A DNA stretch of 64,000 nt from an uncultured virus (IMG/VR IMGVR_UViG_3300031133_000403). Taxonomy: Duplodnaviria > Heunggongvirae > Uroviricota > Caudoviricetes. The stretch's first letter is position 1, and each line of letters opens with the position of its first letter. Position numbers and translations under genes: made by a program. Location of the stretch: the IMG/VR virus record IMGVR_UViG_3300031133_000403; one strand, 5' to 3'. The notes beneath the pieces are model-generated. The model did no database searches. It was not told where the DNA came from and worked only from the letters and a program-made list of their open reading frames with translations. Shown here one piece after another: positions 49,199-57,638 of this stretch.

Positions 49199-49525
49199 TC
49201 AGATCGTTTCGCGGTGCATGCCGCTCATGCGCGTTCCGTGGAACGCCAGCACGAGCATGTCCAAGGGCGCCGACGTGTCGACCCCGTCCTCCAGCGGCAC
49301 CGTGGCGCTGCACGAGCTCGGCTCGTCGCGCGGCAGAACCACGTCGATCGAGGCGTACTTCGTCGATGCGTACGCCATGACGAATAGCGACAGCACGGTG
49401 TCGTCCTTCGTCTTCTGGTCGGTCCCGACCGGCACCAGCGTGATCTCCACGTCCAGTTCGCCAGGGCGGGCGCCCGTGCGGCGCAGCGTCACGTTGCGGC
49501 CTATCGTCTCGTCTTCGTATGCCAT
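49199..49525 (-). CDS. Hypothetical protein
   Basis: Protein-like ORF with RBS. Confidence 0.55.
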   Translation of the reverse strand: MAYEDETIGRNVTLRRTGARPGELDVEITLVPVGTDQKTKDDTVLSLFVMAYASTKYASIDVVLPRDEPSSCSATVPLEDGVDTSAPLDMLVLAFHGTRMSGMHRETI

Positions 49526-49543
49526 CGGTCATCCCCCTCTGCG

Positions 49544-49759
49544 TCATGCGCCCTGTGGTGCCAGGCGTTGGATCCATGCGGACGGCAGGCTCGCCGCCGG
49601 CACCGCCACCGTCGCACCGCAGGCGCCGCACTTGGCGGAGAATTCGGGCATCCGGGGATTGGCATCGTCGTACGCGATGTCTTTCTCGTGCACGCCGATG
49701 CGCGACGAGCAGCGCGTGCACCTGCACTCGACGTATGTGCCGTTCTCGATGACGATCAT
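49544..49759 (-). CDS. Small Zn-ribbon protein
   Basis: CTRC...CGAC; ATGA coupling. Confidence 0.55.
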   Translation of the reverse strand: MIVIENGTYVECRCTRCSSRIGVHEKDIAYDDANPRMPEFSAKCGACGATVAVPAASLPSAWIQRLAPQGA

Positions 49760-50223
49760 CCGGCGTCCCTCCATTCGAGCATCCGGGCGTGCGACCAGGC
49801 GGGTCTGGAATTCCATGCCCTGAGGCCCGCCGCCGTCATGGCCGCCGCCCTGCAGAACCCGCTCGAATGGTCGCTCCAACCCGCATCCGTCTCGGTCGCG
49901 ACCGATGGCTTCTTGCCGATGGGCGACCACAGCACGTGTCCCACGTCGATCAGGATGGTGGCCGCGGCATCGGTCGACGCCGTGAACCGCGGCACCCGCC
50001 AGTTGCGGGCGACGCCCTCCACGTCTTCGGGATACTTCTCGAACGCCGAGCCGAACCACCGGCCCTGCACGATCTCGCCGGGCCGGATCGGTTGGTCGCC
50101 GTTCAGCTCGAACGCCCTTCCCACCTGCTCGCCGACGATCAGCCATGTCAGGCAGTCGAGGCGACGGTCGGGAGCGGTCGCGCGCTCCACCTCGTCCGCC
50201 ACCTGCGCGATGTCGACGTTCAT
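49756..50223 (-). CDS. Hypothetical protein
   Basis: ATGA coupling to the upstream gene; DRRLD...VPRFTASTDAA. Confidence 0.65.
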   Translation of the reverse strand: MNVDIAQVADEVERATAPDRRLDCLTWLIVGEQVGRAFELNGDQPIRPGEIVQGRWFGSAFEKYPEDVEGVARNWRVPRFTASTDAAATILIDVGHVLWSPIGKKPSVATETDAGWSDHSSGFCRAAAMTAAGLRAWNSRPAWSHARMLEWRDAG

Positions 50224-51503
50224 GCCGGCACCAGTCCGCCGGTCTTGGCCGTCAGGTCGAAGTTGCGTTCGATGAATGCGATGACGGCATCCGGATCGGC
50301 GTCCTTCGGAAAGACGATGTTGGGACCGTGGCTGTCCAGCATGACCGCATGGATGCCGCCGCCGATGGGCTTCAGTCCGCGCGAGGTGGCCTGGCCGCAC
50401 TGCGCGCTGCCGCACTCGTTGCGCCACTGCTCCGCCGTGCCGATCGCCAGCGCGTCGGGTGCGTCGTCGCGCATGGGGCAGTGGAAGTGCACGATCGCGT
50501 CGAGATCGGCGTGTTCGGTGAAGACGATGCGTTGCGACTGCCCGCCGACCGACGGCTTCGCGCCATGGGCGATCACCTTGTCCAGACCGTCGTAGTCGAC
50601 CTGCACCAGCCCGATCTCGGGCAGGCGGTTGAAGTCCTGCTTGCGCTTCGATGTCAGGATCGTGCCGTCGGTCACGCGTACAGCGAAGTGTCCCGCCGTG
50701 ACGCCGTTGACGGGCTTGTAGGCGCCGCGCGCGATGCAGTGGTCGACCACCTTGCGCAGACTGTCGGGCACGCGGGGATCGTTCCAGGCCACCGAGGGCG
50801 CGTCGATCACGGTCGAACGCGTGAACGTGTTGGTGAGGCGCGACATCAGCATGCTGCACAGCGAGCGCAGCATGAGGTTCCGGTCGCCGGTCTCGGCGTA
50901 GCGCGTCTCCTCCGGAGCCACGATCATGTTGTTGCGCGTGACCGTGTCGTTGGCCACCATGAGGTTCAGCGAGTCCCGCTTCAGCGCCTTCAGCGCGGTT
51001 GCGTACTGCTCGTCGGAAGTCGCGCCCGTCGTGGTCTTGAAGCCGACGACGTAGATGTCCTTGCGCGTGCGCCGGATGCGGCCGATCAGCTTCTCGGCAG
51101 GCGTCAGGTGCAGTACGCGGTCGCCGTCCGCGGTCTTGAACCTGTCGCCGTGGAAGTCGCCGCGACGGCCGTCGACCACCGCGTCGTAGTCGCACAGCGC
51201 CACGTTCATGACGATGCAGCGGGTGTCCGGATCGGCGATGAGCGTCTCGATGTGGGCCGCCACGTCGTCGTTCGTGACCAGCGCGCTTTCGCGATCCGCC
51301 ATCCTGGTCAGGGTCGTGACGACCTCGCAGTCGATGTCGGATGCCTGACGGAAGACGTGTTCGCCTTCGAGCACGTCGTAGAAGCCGGTGCGCAGCTGCT
51401 GCGCCAGGTACCGCGCCGTCGTGCCGAACGCAGGCGCGCTCAGCGCCATGTGGTTCGCCACCGGCGAGAAGGTGCCGCCGCCGAGGATGTGGATCTTCTT
51501 CAT
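50220..51503 (-). CDS. CoaB/DFP-like domain fused to class II aldolase/adducin domain
   Basis: GGT...ALCDY...VGFKTT...VAND (CoaB-like); TAGHFAVR, SKRK, PS, IVHFH, CGS, HG (aldolase II metal site). Confidence 0.75.
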   Translation of the reverse strand: MKKIHILGGGTFSPVANHMALSAPAFGTTARYLAQQLRTGFYDVLEGEHVFRQASDIDCEVVTTLTRMADRESALVTNDDVAAHIETLIADPDTRCIVMNVALCDYDAVVDGRRGDFHGDRFKTADGDRVLHLTPAEKLIGRIRRTRKDIYVVGFKTTTGATSDEQYATALKALKRDSLNLMVANDTVTRNNMIVAPEETRYAETGDRNLMLRSLCSMLMSRLTNTFTRSTVIDAPSVAWNDPRVPDSLRKVVDHCIARGAYKPVNGVTAGHFAVRVTDGTILTSKRKQDFNRLPEIGLVQVDYDGLDKVIAHGAKPSVGGQSQRIVFTEHADLDAIVHFHCPMRDDAPDALAIGTAEQWRNECGSAQCGQATSRGLKPIGGGIHAVMLDSHGPNIVFPKDADPDAVIAFIERNFDLTAKTGGLVPA

Positions 51504-51554
51504 GTCTTTTCTCCAGCCTGTTTCAACCGCATGCCGATGACCCACCCGTCGGGA

Positions 51555-51713
51555 TCAGCTTCTGCGTGACGCCTGTTCCGAGCGCCGCTCGCGTCGCTCC
51601 TGCCGATTCAGGCAGTACATGTGGACCCAGCCGCCCGCCATCTGGATGCGCGGTCCGACCGCGCCGCAGCGCATGCAGTGCCGGGACTCGTGTCCCCATG
51701 CCGGCCTGGTCAT
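51555..51713 (-). CDS. Small Cys/His protein
   Basis: CMRC...HMYC. Confidence 0.45.
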   Translation of the reverse strand: MTRPAWGHESRHCMRCGAVGPRIQMAGGWVHMYCLNRQERRERRSEQASRRS

Positions 51714-51717
51714 GTCT

Positions 51718-52137
51718 TCACGATCCGCAGCTGAGCGTACCGCGCCACGTGCGCAGGCGTCCCGCCTCCTGCACGGAGAGCGTCGCCGGGGTCTCCATCG
51801 CCTCCGTTCCGACCCGCCTGGTCGGGCCGGTCTCCCTGATGGAGATCGTGACCCGGCCATCGGTCCACTTGTCGAAGGTGAAGGGGAACATCTCCTTGGC
51901 GTCCTTCGCAGGCCCCAGCGTCCGCAGACGTCCACCGATCTTCACGCCCGCGCGTCCTTCCGCCATCGAGATGCGCCACGTCTCGCGCTTGCGGTCCGCC
52001 GGCGTCTTCCAGGTGCATCCGGTGCCGAGCGTTCCCGTCGTTCCGCCCTCGTCGTACGTCATGAGCTGCAGGGGCAGCGTGGCGGGAGCGGCATGGGCTG
52101 CCGAAGCCATGGTCAGCGCGAGGAGAATGGTGTTCAT
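51718..52137 (-). CDS. Secreted hypothetical protein
   Basis: MNTILLALTMASAAHA signal peptide. Confidence 0.7.
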   Translation of the reverse strand: MNTILLALTMASAAHAAPATLPLQLMTYDEGGTTGTLGTGCTWKTPADRKRETWRISMAEGRAGVKIGGRLRTLGPAKDAKEMFPFTFDKWTDGRVTISIRETGPTRRVGTEAMETPATLSVQEAGRLRTWRGTLSCGS

Positions 52138-52184
52138 GGTTCTGCCTGTTCGTCTTTCGTCGTTTGAATGGTGGCGGTCTTGCC

Positions 52185-53120
52185 TCAGAGGAACTTGTCG
52201 GCGAGATCGCGTCGCCCGATAGGGTCGATGAAGGTCGTCCTGTCGCTCCTGGGATGATGGAAGCCCGACACGTATAGGTCGTGGTCGCCGATCTCCACGC
52301 TGATGGAGAGTTCCTTTCCGTCGCCCCACGTGTCCCTGACGGATGCCTTGCAGGTCTCTCCATGCATCTCGAATTCGAACTTGTCGGAAGCCCCGTCCCA
52401 TCTGGTCGCAGCGGCTTCTATGAGCGTGCGGCTTACGGCGTCGCGCTTCTTCTTGGACAGCATGTCCAGCGACCATTCCTTGACGGGTCCGAACATCCCG
52501 CCTGCGTTCATCGCCTCGTGGATGCGACGCATGTGGAGACCGGTGTTCTGGTTGACGAAGAGCGAGGAACGCGACCCGTGGGGCCATCCGAGCAGATGCG
52601 ACCGCATGGTCCACCACGTCTCGCCGACCTCCGCCGTGTCGGCTGATGCCGCCGCCTGCCGCGTGAACCACGTCAATGCGTCGCGTCCCCTGATCGTGCC
52701 GTCGGCCTCGAGCTCCACGTCTTCGGCGCTCACCAGCACCGGGAAGGCGTTGTCCGCGTACAACGCGTCATCCAGCCTTCTCGCCTGCAGACCCGCCACG
52801 CCGTTCACCCTGTCGACCAGCGCATCCGCCGTCTTGTCGGAATACGGACACGTCAGGAACCCCCTCACGAAGGACTGGGTGTGGTCCATCCCCTCGTAGG
52901 CCTCGATCCGCATGATGTCTGAAGGCTGATCGCGATTCCCGCGCGGCGGCGCCGTCAGGATCGGGTGCCAGGAGGGATGCCTCCCGACCGCGTTGCCCAT
53001 CTCCGTCAGAACCTCGGCCATGATCGCACGGCCCTTCTCCACGTCGACCAGATCCTTCGTGAACCGTTCGACGGCCTTGGCGTTCTGCTGCGCGGCGACG
53101 GAGGGGGATCTGAATTCCAT
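52185..53120 (-). CDS. Hypothetical protein (about 311 aa)
   Basis: Long ORF with its own AT-rich upstream region; start uncertain (53120-53129). Confidence 0.75.
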   Translation of the reverse strand: MEFRSPSVAAQQNAKAVERFTKDLVDVEKGRAIMAEVLTEMGNAVGRHPSWHPILTAPPRGNRDQPSDIMRIEAYEGMDHTQSFVRGFLTCPYSDKTADALVDRVNGVAGLQARRLDDALYADNAFPVLVSAEDVELEADGTIRGRDALTWFTRQAAASADTAEVGETWWTMRSHLLGWPHGSRSSLFVNQNTGLHMRRIHEAMNAGGMFGPVKEWSLDMLSKKKRDAVSRTLIEAAATRWDGASDKFEFEMHGETCKASVRDTWGDGKELSISVEIGDHDLYVSGFHHPRSDRTTFIDPIGRRDLADKFL

Positions 53121-53128
53121 GTGCATCA

Positions 53129-53161
53129 ATACCTACGTGATATGTCGAATCACGTAGGTAT
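53129..53161. promoter_or_regulatory. Perfect 13-7-13 inverted repeat
   Basis: ATACCTACGTGAT-ATGTCGA-ATCACGTAGGTAT; extra half-site TACGTGAT at 53169-53176. Confidence 0.6.
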
Positions 53162-53246
53162 GGCATGTTACGTGATGTTAGCGCAACGTGTTTGTATGTG
53201 TGGGGATTGGAATCGGCTCGGCGTTCGCCGTGCCGTATAGTGTTGA

Positions 53247-53322
53247 TGGTGCCCCCGGCGCGATTCGAACGCGCGACGCACGACTTAGAAGGTCGATGCT
53301 CTATCCGCTGAGCTACGGGGGC
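53247..53322 (-). tRNA. tRNA-Arg(TCT)
   Basis: GCCCCCG acceptor stem, TAGCTCAG..GGATAGAGC D arm, CT-TCT-AA loop, GTTCGAAT T loop, encoded CCA. Confidence 0.93.
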
Positions 53323-53331
53323 ATGGAGGGG

Positions 53332-53568
53332 TCAGGCGATGGAGGCGGCGCTTCTTGCCGGACGGCCGCATGCCGCCACGCAGAACTGCCTGAACCTGGT
53401 GTCGGGATCGAGGCATGCGCAGTACAGGTCGTCGCCTGCGATCCGCGCGTCGACCGGACGGATCTCGGCGCGCACGCCTTCTGAAAGGATCGTCTTGCCG
53501 TCCGTACCGCGGGCGAAACCGAACGTGCGCACGTTGCGACGGACTTCGGGCTTGGTGGTCTCGAGCAT
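53332..53568 (-). CDS. Small hypothetical protein between the tRNAs
   Basis: GGAG RBS before MLETTKPE. Confidence 0.55.
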   Translation of the reverse strand: MLETTKPEVRRNVRTFGFARGTDGKTILSEGVRAEIRPVDARIAGDDLYCACLDPDTRFRQFCVAACGRPARSAASIA

Positions 53569-53594
53569 GTCTTTTTCTCCGCTGAACTTCGTCG

Positions 53595-53670
53595 TGGTGC
53601 CCGCCACAGGAATCGAACCTGCGACCTTCGCGTTACAAATGCGCTGCTCTACCGGCTGAGCTAGGCGGGC
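53595..53670 (-). tRNA. tRNA-Thr(TGT)
   Basis: GCCCGCC acceptor stem, TT-TGT-AA loop, GGTTCGATT T loop, encoded CCA; anticodon stem imperfect. Confidence 0.9.
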
Positions 53671-53676
53671 GTCCCG

Positions 53677-53946
53677 TCACTCCCCTTGCGGGATCCTGTT
53701 GTCGGCACGCCGCTTGCTGCGTCTCTTCGAGACCTTCAGCGCCGCGCGCATGTTGCGCTGGTTGCCGTACCTGTTGCCGCTCTTCTCGGGTGTGGCGCTG
53801 CCGTAGCGCGCGTCGCTCATCATCGCGACCGCTTCGAGGCGCGTCATGTCCCGCCCCTTGGCTGGCCGCCCGATCAGCTCCTCGGCCAGTTTCCGCGTGC
53901 GTTCGCTCGCCTTCCGGTGGCGCGACGTCTTGTCGGTGCGGCTCAT
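53677..53946 (-). CDS. Small basic protein (MSRTDK...)
   Basis: Arg/Lys rich; ATGA coupling. Confidence 0.7.
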   Translation of the reverse strand: MSRTDKTSRHRKASERTRKLAEELIGRPAKGRDMTRLEAVAMMSDARYGSATPEKSGNRYGNQRNMRAALKVSKRRSKRRADNRIPQGE

Positions 53947-54200
53947 GCATCCTCTCCCGTCAAGCGGTTGGCTTCATGGCGTTCGGCGCGCCGTCCCAGC
54001 ACCTTCATCGCCGCGAAGTGGCTGCGGTTGTTACCGTGGCGTACGCCGCCGTCGTCCACGCGCACCTGTCCGCGCAGCAGCCCCGAGAGCTTCACGTGCG
54101 AATGATGGCGTTTCGGCTTGCGGTCGGTTTCGCCCGTCTTGCGTGCGATGTCGGGCGCATGGATGGCCCGGGCGCGGTCGGTCTTGCGGGTCCGGCTCAT
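53943..54200 (-). CDS. Small basic protein (MSRTRK...)
   Basis: Arg/Lys rich; ATGA coupling; resembles its neighbour. Confidence 0.7.
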   Translation of the reverse strand: MSRTRKTDRARAIHAPDIARKTGETDRKPKRHHSHVKLSGLLRGQVRVDDGGVRHGNNRSHFAAMKVLGRRAERHEANRLTGEDA

Positions 54201-54367
54201 CGCGCGTCTCCGTCGACCATGAGGTCGTGACGGTGCTTGGGGCGGGCGGCGCGGTCACGCGCCTTCTGCAGCGCGCTCGGCACGCGCTTGGGCTGGTAGG
54301 CTCCGTGCGCGAGCTGCGCCGCGAGAGGGTTGCGCTTCCTGGGCGCTCGATGTGCATTGGTCTTCAC
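54197..54367 (-). CDS. Small basic protein, ArfA-like pattern (56 aa; not in ORF track)
   Basis: AGGAG RBS + GTG; MKTNAHRAPRKRNPLAAQLAHGAYQPKRVPSALQKARDRAARPKHRHDLMVDGDAR. Confidence 0.6.
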   Translation of the reverse strand: MKTNAHRAPRKRNPLAAQLAHGAYQPKRVPSALQKARDRAARPKHRHDLMVDGDAR

Positions 54368-54371
54368 GTGT

Positions 54372-54489
54372 CGTCTCCTATGCGCGCCGCGGTGCGGTGC
54401 GTGTCATGGGAGACGTGCGAAGCGTCTCCCGGCTATGGCTGGGTTCTTGTCATGCGGATGAGGATATCCGGTTGGAGGGATGAAGGCAA
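54372..54489 (-). promoter_or_regulatory. Sigma70-type promoter, leaderless uORF and alternative hairpins (candidate attenuator)
   Basis: TTGCCT-N17-TATCCT-N7-ATG ACA AGA ACC CAG CCA TAG; GGGAGACG / CGTCTCCC / GGAGACG arms. Confidence 0.65.
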
Positions 54490-54511
54490 GCACGACGTTG
54501 CAGCGTCGAAG

Positions 54512-54985
54512 CTATGGAAGCGCGATGCGTTCGAACCCGCGCTTCGTCAGGTCCCGGGCGACGCCTTCGACCATGTCGGCCTGGAGCGCGTAGCGGTTGT
54601 CGCCGCAGTCGTCGCCGCACAGTTCGACGGGAATTCCCGGGATCCCCCGCTCGTAGTGCGCGTAGTCGTCGATGCTCGCGATCGCACCCGTGCGGTGCCA
54701 TTGCGCCATGGGCACGAAGCTGATGAACGTGCGACCTTCCTCGTGCCCGATGCCGAAGCCGATCGGGCCCGTCTCCCAGATGCACGCCTCGTCGAAGTCG
54801 CAATCCTCCTCGTCGACCGTCACGGCATGCGCGGCGAGATTCGCGGAGGCGTTGTCGAACGTGCGCACGACGTAGTCGCCGACCATGGTCTTCGCGCGCC
54901 GCTTCCAGTCCGCCGGACGGGTGTCGACGCCCTGTGCCAGGAAGTGCGCGACCAGCGTGCGCTTGATGTCGTCCGAGGCGCTCAT
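54512..54985 (-). CDS. Hypothetical protein
   Basis: GGGAG RBS; acidic. Confidence 0.65.
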   Translation of the reverse strand: MSASDDIKRTLVAHFLAQGVDTRPADWKRRAKTMVGDYVVRTFDNASANLAAHAVTVDEEDCDFDEACIWETGPIGFGIGHEEGRTFISFVPMAQWHRTGAIASIDDYAHYERGIPGIPVELCGDDCGDNRYALQADMVEGVARDLTKRGFERIALP

Positions 54986-55188
54986 GGCCTTTTCTCCCAT
55001 CGTTCGTTGTTCGTGGCCGCACCGGACGACGCGGGCGTGTCCCAGTGGTCCTCGTCGCGCGGTTCCTCCGCCGTCAACAGACCGCATCTGATGCATATGA
55101 TCGCGTTTGCGTCGGTGCCCGTGTCGATGCCCTCGGCATCCGTCCACTCGTGTTCGTGACCGTCGTCGGGGTCGTTCGGATATTCCAT
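54982..55188 (-). CDS. Small acidic protein with CxxC
   Basis: GGAGG RBS; HEHEW...CIRC. Confidence 0.55.
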   Translation of the reverse strand: MEYPNDPDDGHEHEWTDAEGIDTGTDANAIICIRCGLLTAEEPRDEDHWDTPASSGAATNNERWEKRP

Positions 55189-55202
55189 GTGCAGACCCCC
55201 TC

Positions 55203-55706
55203 CTAACCCACGAACCCGTCGTCCACGGCGTCCTTGTCGGCGATCACGCCGCGGATCACGGGCACCACGCGCAGGCTGCCCGCCGTGCTGCTGGAGATCG
55301 CCGTGTTGAACGTGAAGTCGGCGCCCTCGCCCGCTGCGACCTCCTTCCGGTATGACTGCTTGTCGAGACGCAGCTTGGAACAGTCGGAGACGGGCGACGT
55401 GGTGCTCGGGCAGTCGTAGAGGCGGAAGGCCACGTCGATGCGTTGTACCGTATAGTCGCTTCGGTTCACGAAACGGATGTCCTTGAATACCGCACTGGTC
55501 GAAGGTTGAACCGACGGGTTGTCCACCATGGTGAACTCGTACTGCGACGGCGCCAGCTTCGTCTCCGTACTCGAGTCCCACATCCAGGCGGCCGCGCCCG
55601 CCGCCATCGCGGCGTAGACCAGCCACCGGATCGGACGGTACTGCAGAAGCATGAGCACCAGGACCAGAGTTCCGGGCGAATTGGTGTGTCTGATGGTCGT
55701 CGCCAT
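55203..55706 (-). CDS. Membrane-anchored protein
   Basis: N-terminal TM; SQY...VNRSD...YDCP...C; paralog of the next gene. Confidence 0.7.
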   Translation of the reverse strand: MATTIRHTNSPGTLVLVLMLLQYRPIRWLVYAAMAAGAAAWMWDSSTETKLAPSQYEFTMVDNPSVQPSTSAVFKDIRFVNRSDYTVQRIDVAFRLYDCPSTTSPVSDCSKLRLDKQSYRKEVAAGEGADFTFNTAISSSTAGSLRVVPVIRGVIADKDAVDDGFVG

Positions 55707-55709
55707 GTC

Positions 55710-56219
55710 TCAGGCCTCCTTGTCCGCGTCGCCCTCGACGGCGATCAGCTTGTTCTGCACCCGCAGCGTCTCGGTCCCCACGGTGCCCGGAAGCATGAGC
55801 CGCGCGCCGGTGTCGTGGGTCGCCGATTCCCCCGGAGCGAGCTGCACGTCGATGAACATCGGCTTCTGTTCGACCTTGTTGCACCGCGACAGGTCGCTGC
55901 TTCCCGCCGGGCACGTGTAGGTCCGGCGTTCGAGCCGGACCCTGGTGAGCGTCACGTCGGATCTGTTCACGATGCGCACCGGCTGCTCGTAGGTCATCGT
56001 CTCGACGCCTGTGAAACGCGCCGTCGCCGGGTTGATTGTCAGCTGGTACTGCGACGCGTCCAGGGTCCGGCCCGAGAACCAGTCCTGCACCACCAGGAAG
56101 CCGATCCATCCAATGAAGCCGAGAATGATCAGCGAGAAGCCGGCGTGCACCGACAGCAGACCGAGGAACTGCCCTCCCGTGACGTCGTGCTGATGGTGGA
56201 TCGTTACGCGTCGTCCCAT
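55710..56219 (-). CDS. Membrane-anchored protein
   Basis: N-terminal TM; SQY...VNRSD...YTCP...C. Confidence 0.7.
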   Translation of the reverse strand: MGRRVTIHHQHDVTGGQFLGLLSVHAGFSLIILGFIGWIGFLVVQDWFSGRTLDASQYQLTINPATARFTGVETMTYEQPVRIVNRSDVTLTRVRLERRTYTCPAGSSDLSRCNKVEQKPMFIDVQLAPGESATHDTGARLMLPGTVGTETLRVQNKLIAVEGDADKEA

Positions 56220-56235
56220 CTCGCGGGCTCCTCTG

Positions 56236-56937
56236 CTAGTCGTTGAAATCGGGAAGGGTCGTCATCGGCCATGAATGCCGCTCCCGCAGATCAGCGAAGG
56301 CGATCGATCGGTCCGCCTCCGCGCGGTGCGGATAGTCCGTGTGCATCAGGTATCCGTCCCCGCCGTTGTCATCGACGTCCTCGATGACGAGGCGCAGGGG
56401 ATCCAATGCCGGATGGGAGAAGAGGTGCGCCAGCGGGCGCCCGACGCATGCCGCCAGCGTCGTCTCCGGAACCGTGATCTGCAGATCGAGACGTCCTTCG
56501 CCGATCCAATGGCACCAGTCGCCCAGATGGACGTCGGTGTCGGCGATTCCCGCCACGCCCGGTGCGTCGTCGCCCTCGCGCGAGACGATAGTGCGTCCAC
56601 CCATCGGGCCCGGCAGGTTCATGGTCGACACGTGAGCGCTCAGCACGATCCAGGCGAACACGTCGCAGCGGGCGTGCGCCAGCAGGTTCGCCAGTGCCGT
56701 CGACAGACGTTTGTCCATCGCGTTGACGCTTGCGATGCAGCGCTTGCGCCAGCGCGCGTCGGAACCAGTCAGCGCCGCTTCGAACCGGTCCATGACCTCC
56801 TGTTCCGGATCGGACGACCCCTTGAGCAACCTGCGCGTCAGACCCAGCTCCGGTATCTTTCCTCTACCGAGCAGTATGTGCTCCGCCAGGTTGCACGCCT
56901 GCATGTTGTCGATCGACGGCGTCGCGATCATGTGCAT
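56236..56937 (-). CDS. PET-GR motif family protein
   Basis: VPETTLAACVGRPLAHLFSHP. Confidence 0.8.
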   Translation of the reverse strand: MHMIATPSIDNMQACNLAEHILLGRGKIPELGLTRRLLKGSSDPEQEVMDRFEAALTGSDARWRKRCIASVNAMDKRLSTALANLLAHARCDVFAWIVLSAHVSTMNLPGPMGGRTIVSREGDDAPGVAGIADTDVHLGDWCHWIGEGRLDLQITVPETTLAACVGRPLAHLFSHPALDPLRLVIEDVDDNGGDGYLMHTDYPHRAEADRSIAFADLRERHSWPMTTLPDFND

Positions 56938-56976
56938 CCCGTTCGTCCTTCCCGAGTGGTCGTGCGGTCTCGGCCG

Positions 56977-57345
56977 CTATGCCGAGCGCGCCACGAAGCG
57001 CGTCGACGGATACGGCCGGTTCAGTCGGCGCGCGTGGTCCTGCGCCGCGTGGCAGTCCTCGAACGACTCGTCGTCCTCGCGCCCGTGCAGATCGACGACC
57101 TTCGCCGCGCCTTCGAACCACATCTCGATCCGTCCCGCCCTGTCGCCGCTGCTGAAGCTGCCGGTCGCCAGGGGGCCGCACCCGCTCTTGGGCGTGAAGC
57201 CGCAGATGCGCTCCATGTGGATGTAGCCGTCGATGTCGGTCTCGCGCTCGCCGCCGTCGCCGTCCGTGACGAAGTACCGGTCGCGGCTCCGGTCGATGAC
57301 GGGCACCCGCACGCCGTTCTCGTTCATCTGCATCTGCATCCGCAT
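56977..57345 (-). CDS. Hypothetical protein
   Basis: GGAGG RBS. Confidence 0.6.
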   Translation of the reverse strand: MRMQMQMNENGVRVPVIDRSRDRYFVTDGDGGERETDIDGYIHMERICGFTPKSGCGPLATGSFSSGDRAGRIEMWFEGAAKVVDLHGREDDESFEDCHAAQDHARRLNRPYPSTRFVARSA

Positions 57346-57638
57346 TTGCGTCGTCCTCCATTCCGTTGAGCGTTTCCCGGACGTCTCGGCGACGACCCGT
57401 GGTGGCGTGGCTTCACTATCGTTCGCGGGTTCCGCGACTCGTCGCGCGCGCGTGGATGTCCTCGATGGTGCGCGGAAGCGGGTCCCGGCCTGAGGGTCGT
57501 CCCCGCCTGTCCAGCGTGCGGTCGAACAGCTCTCGGTGCGTCGTGGGCAGCGCGTCCGCGTCACCGTGGTTCTTCGTCGCGTTCATCCCTTTTTCTCCTT
57601 CCCGCATGCCTTCGTCCCGCTCTCTCCCATCGGGCCGC

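Noticed and set aside
52140..53250. Island integrated at tRNA-Arg with attL/attR
   Set aside because: Only about 6 nt (ATGGTG) shared with the tRNA 3' end near 52168, and no integrase nearby.
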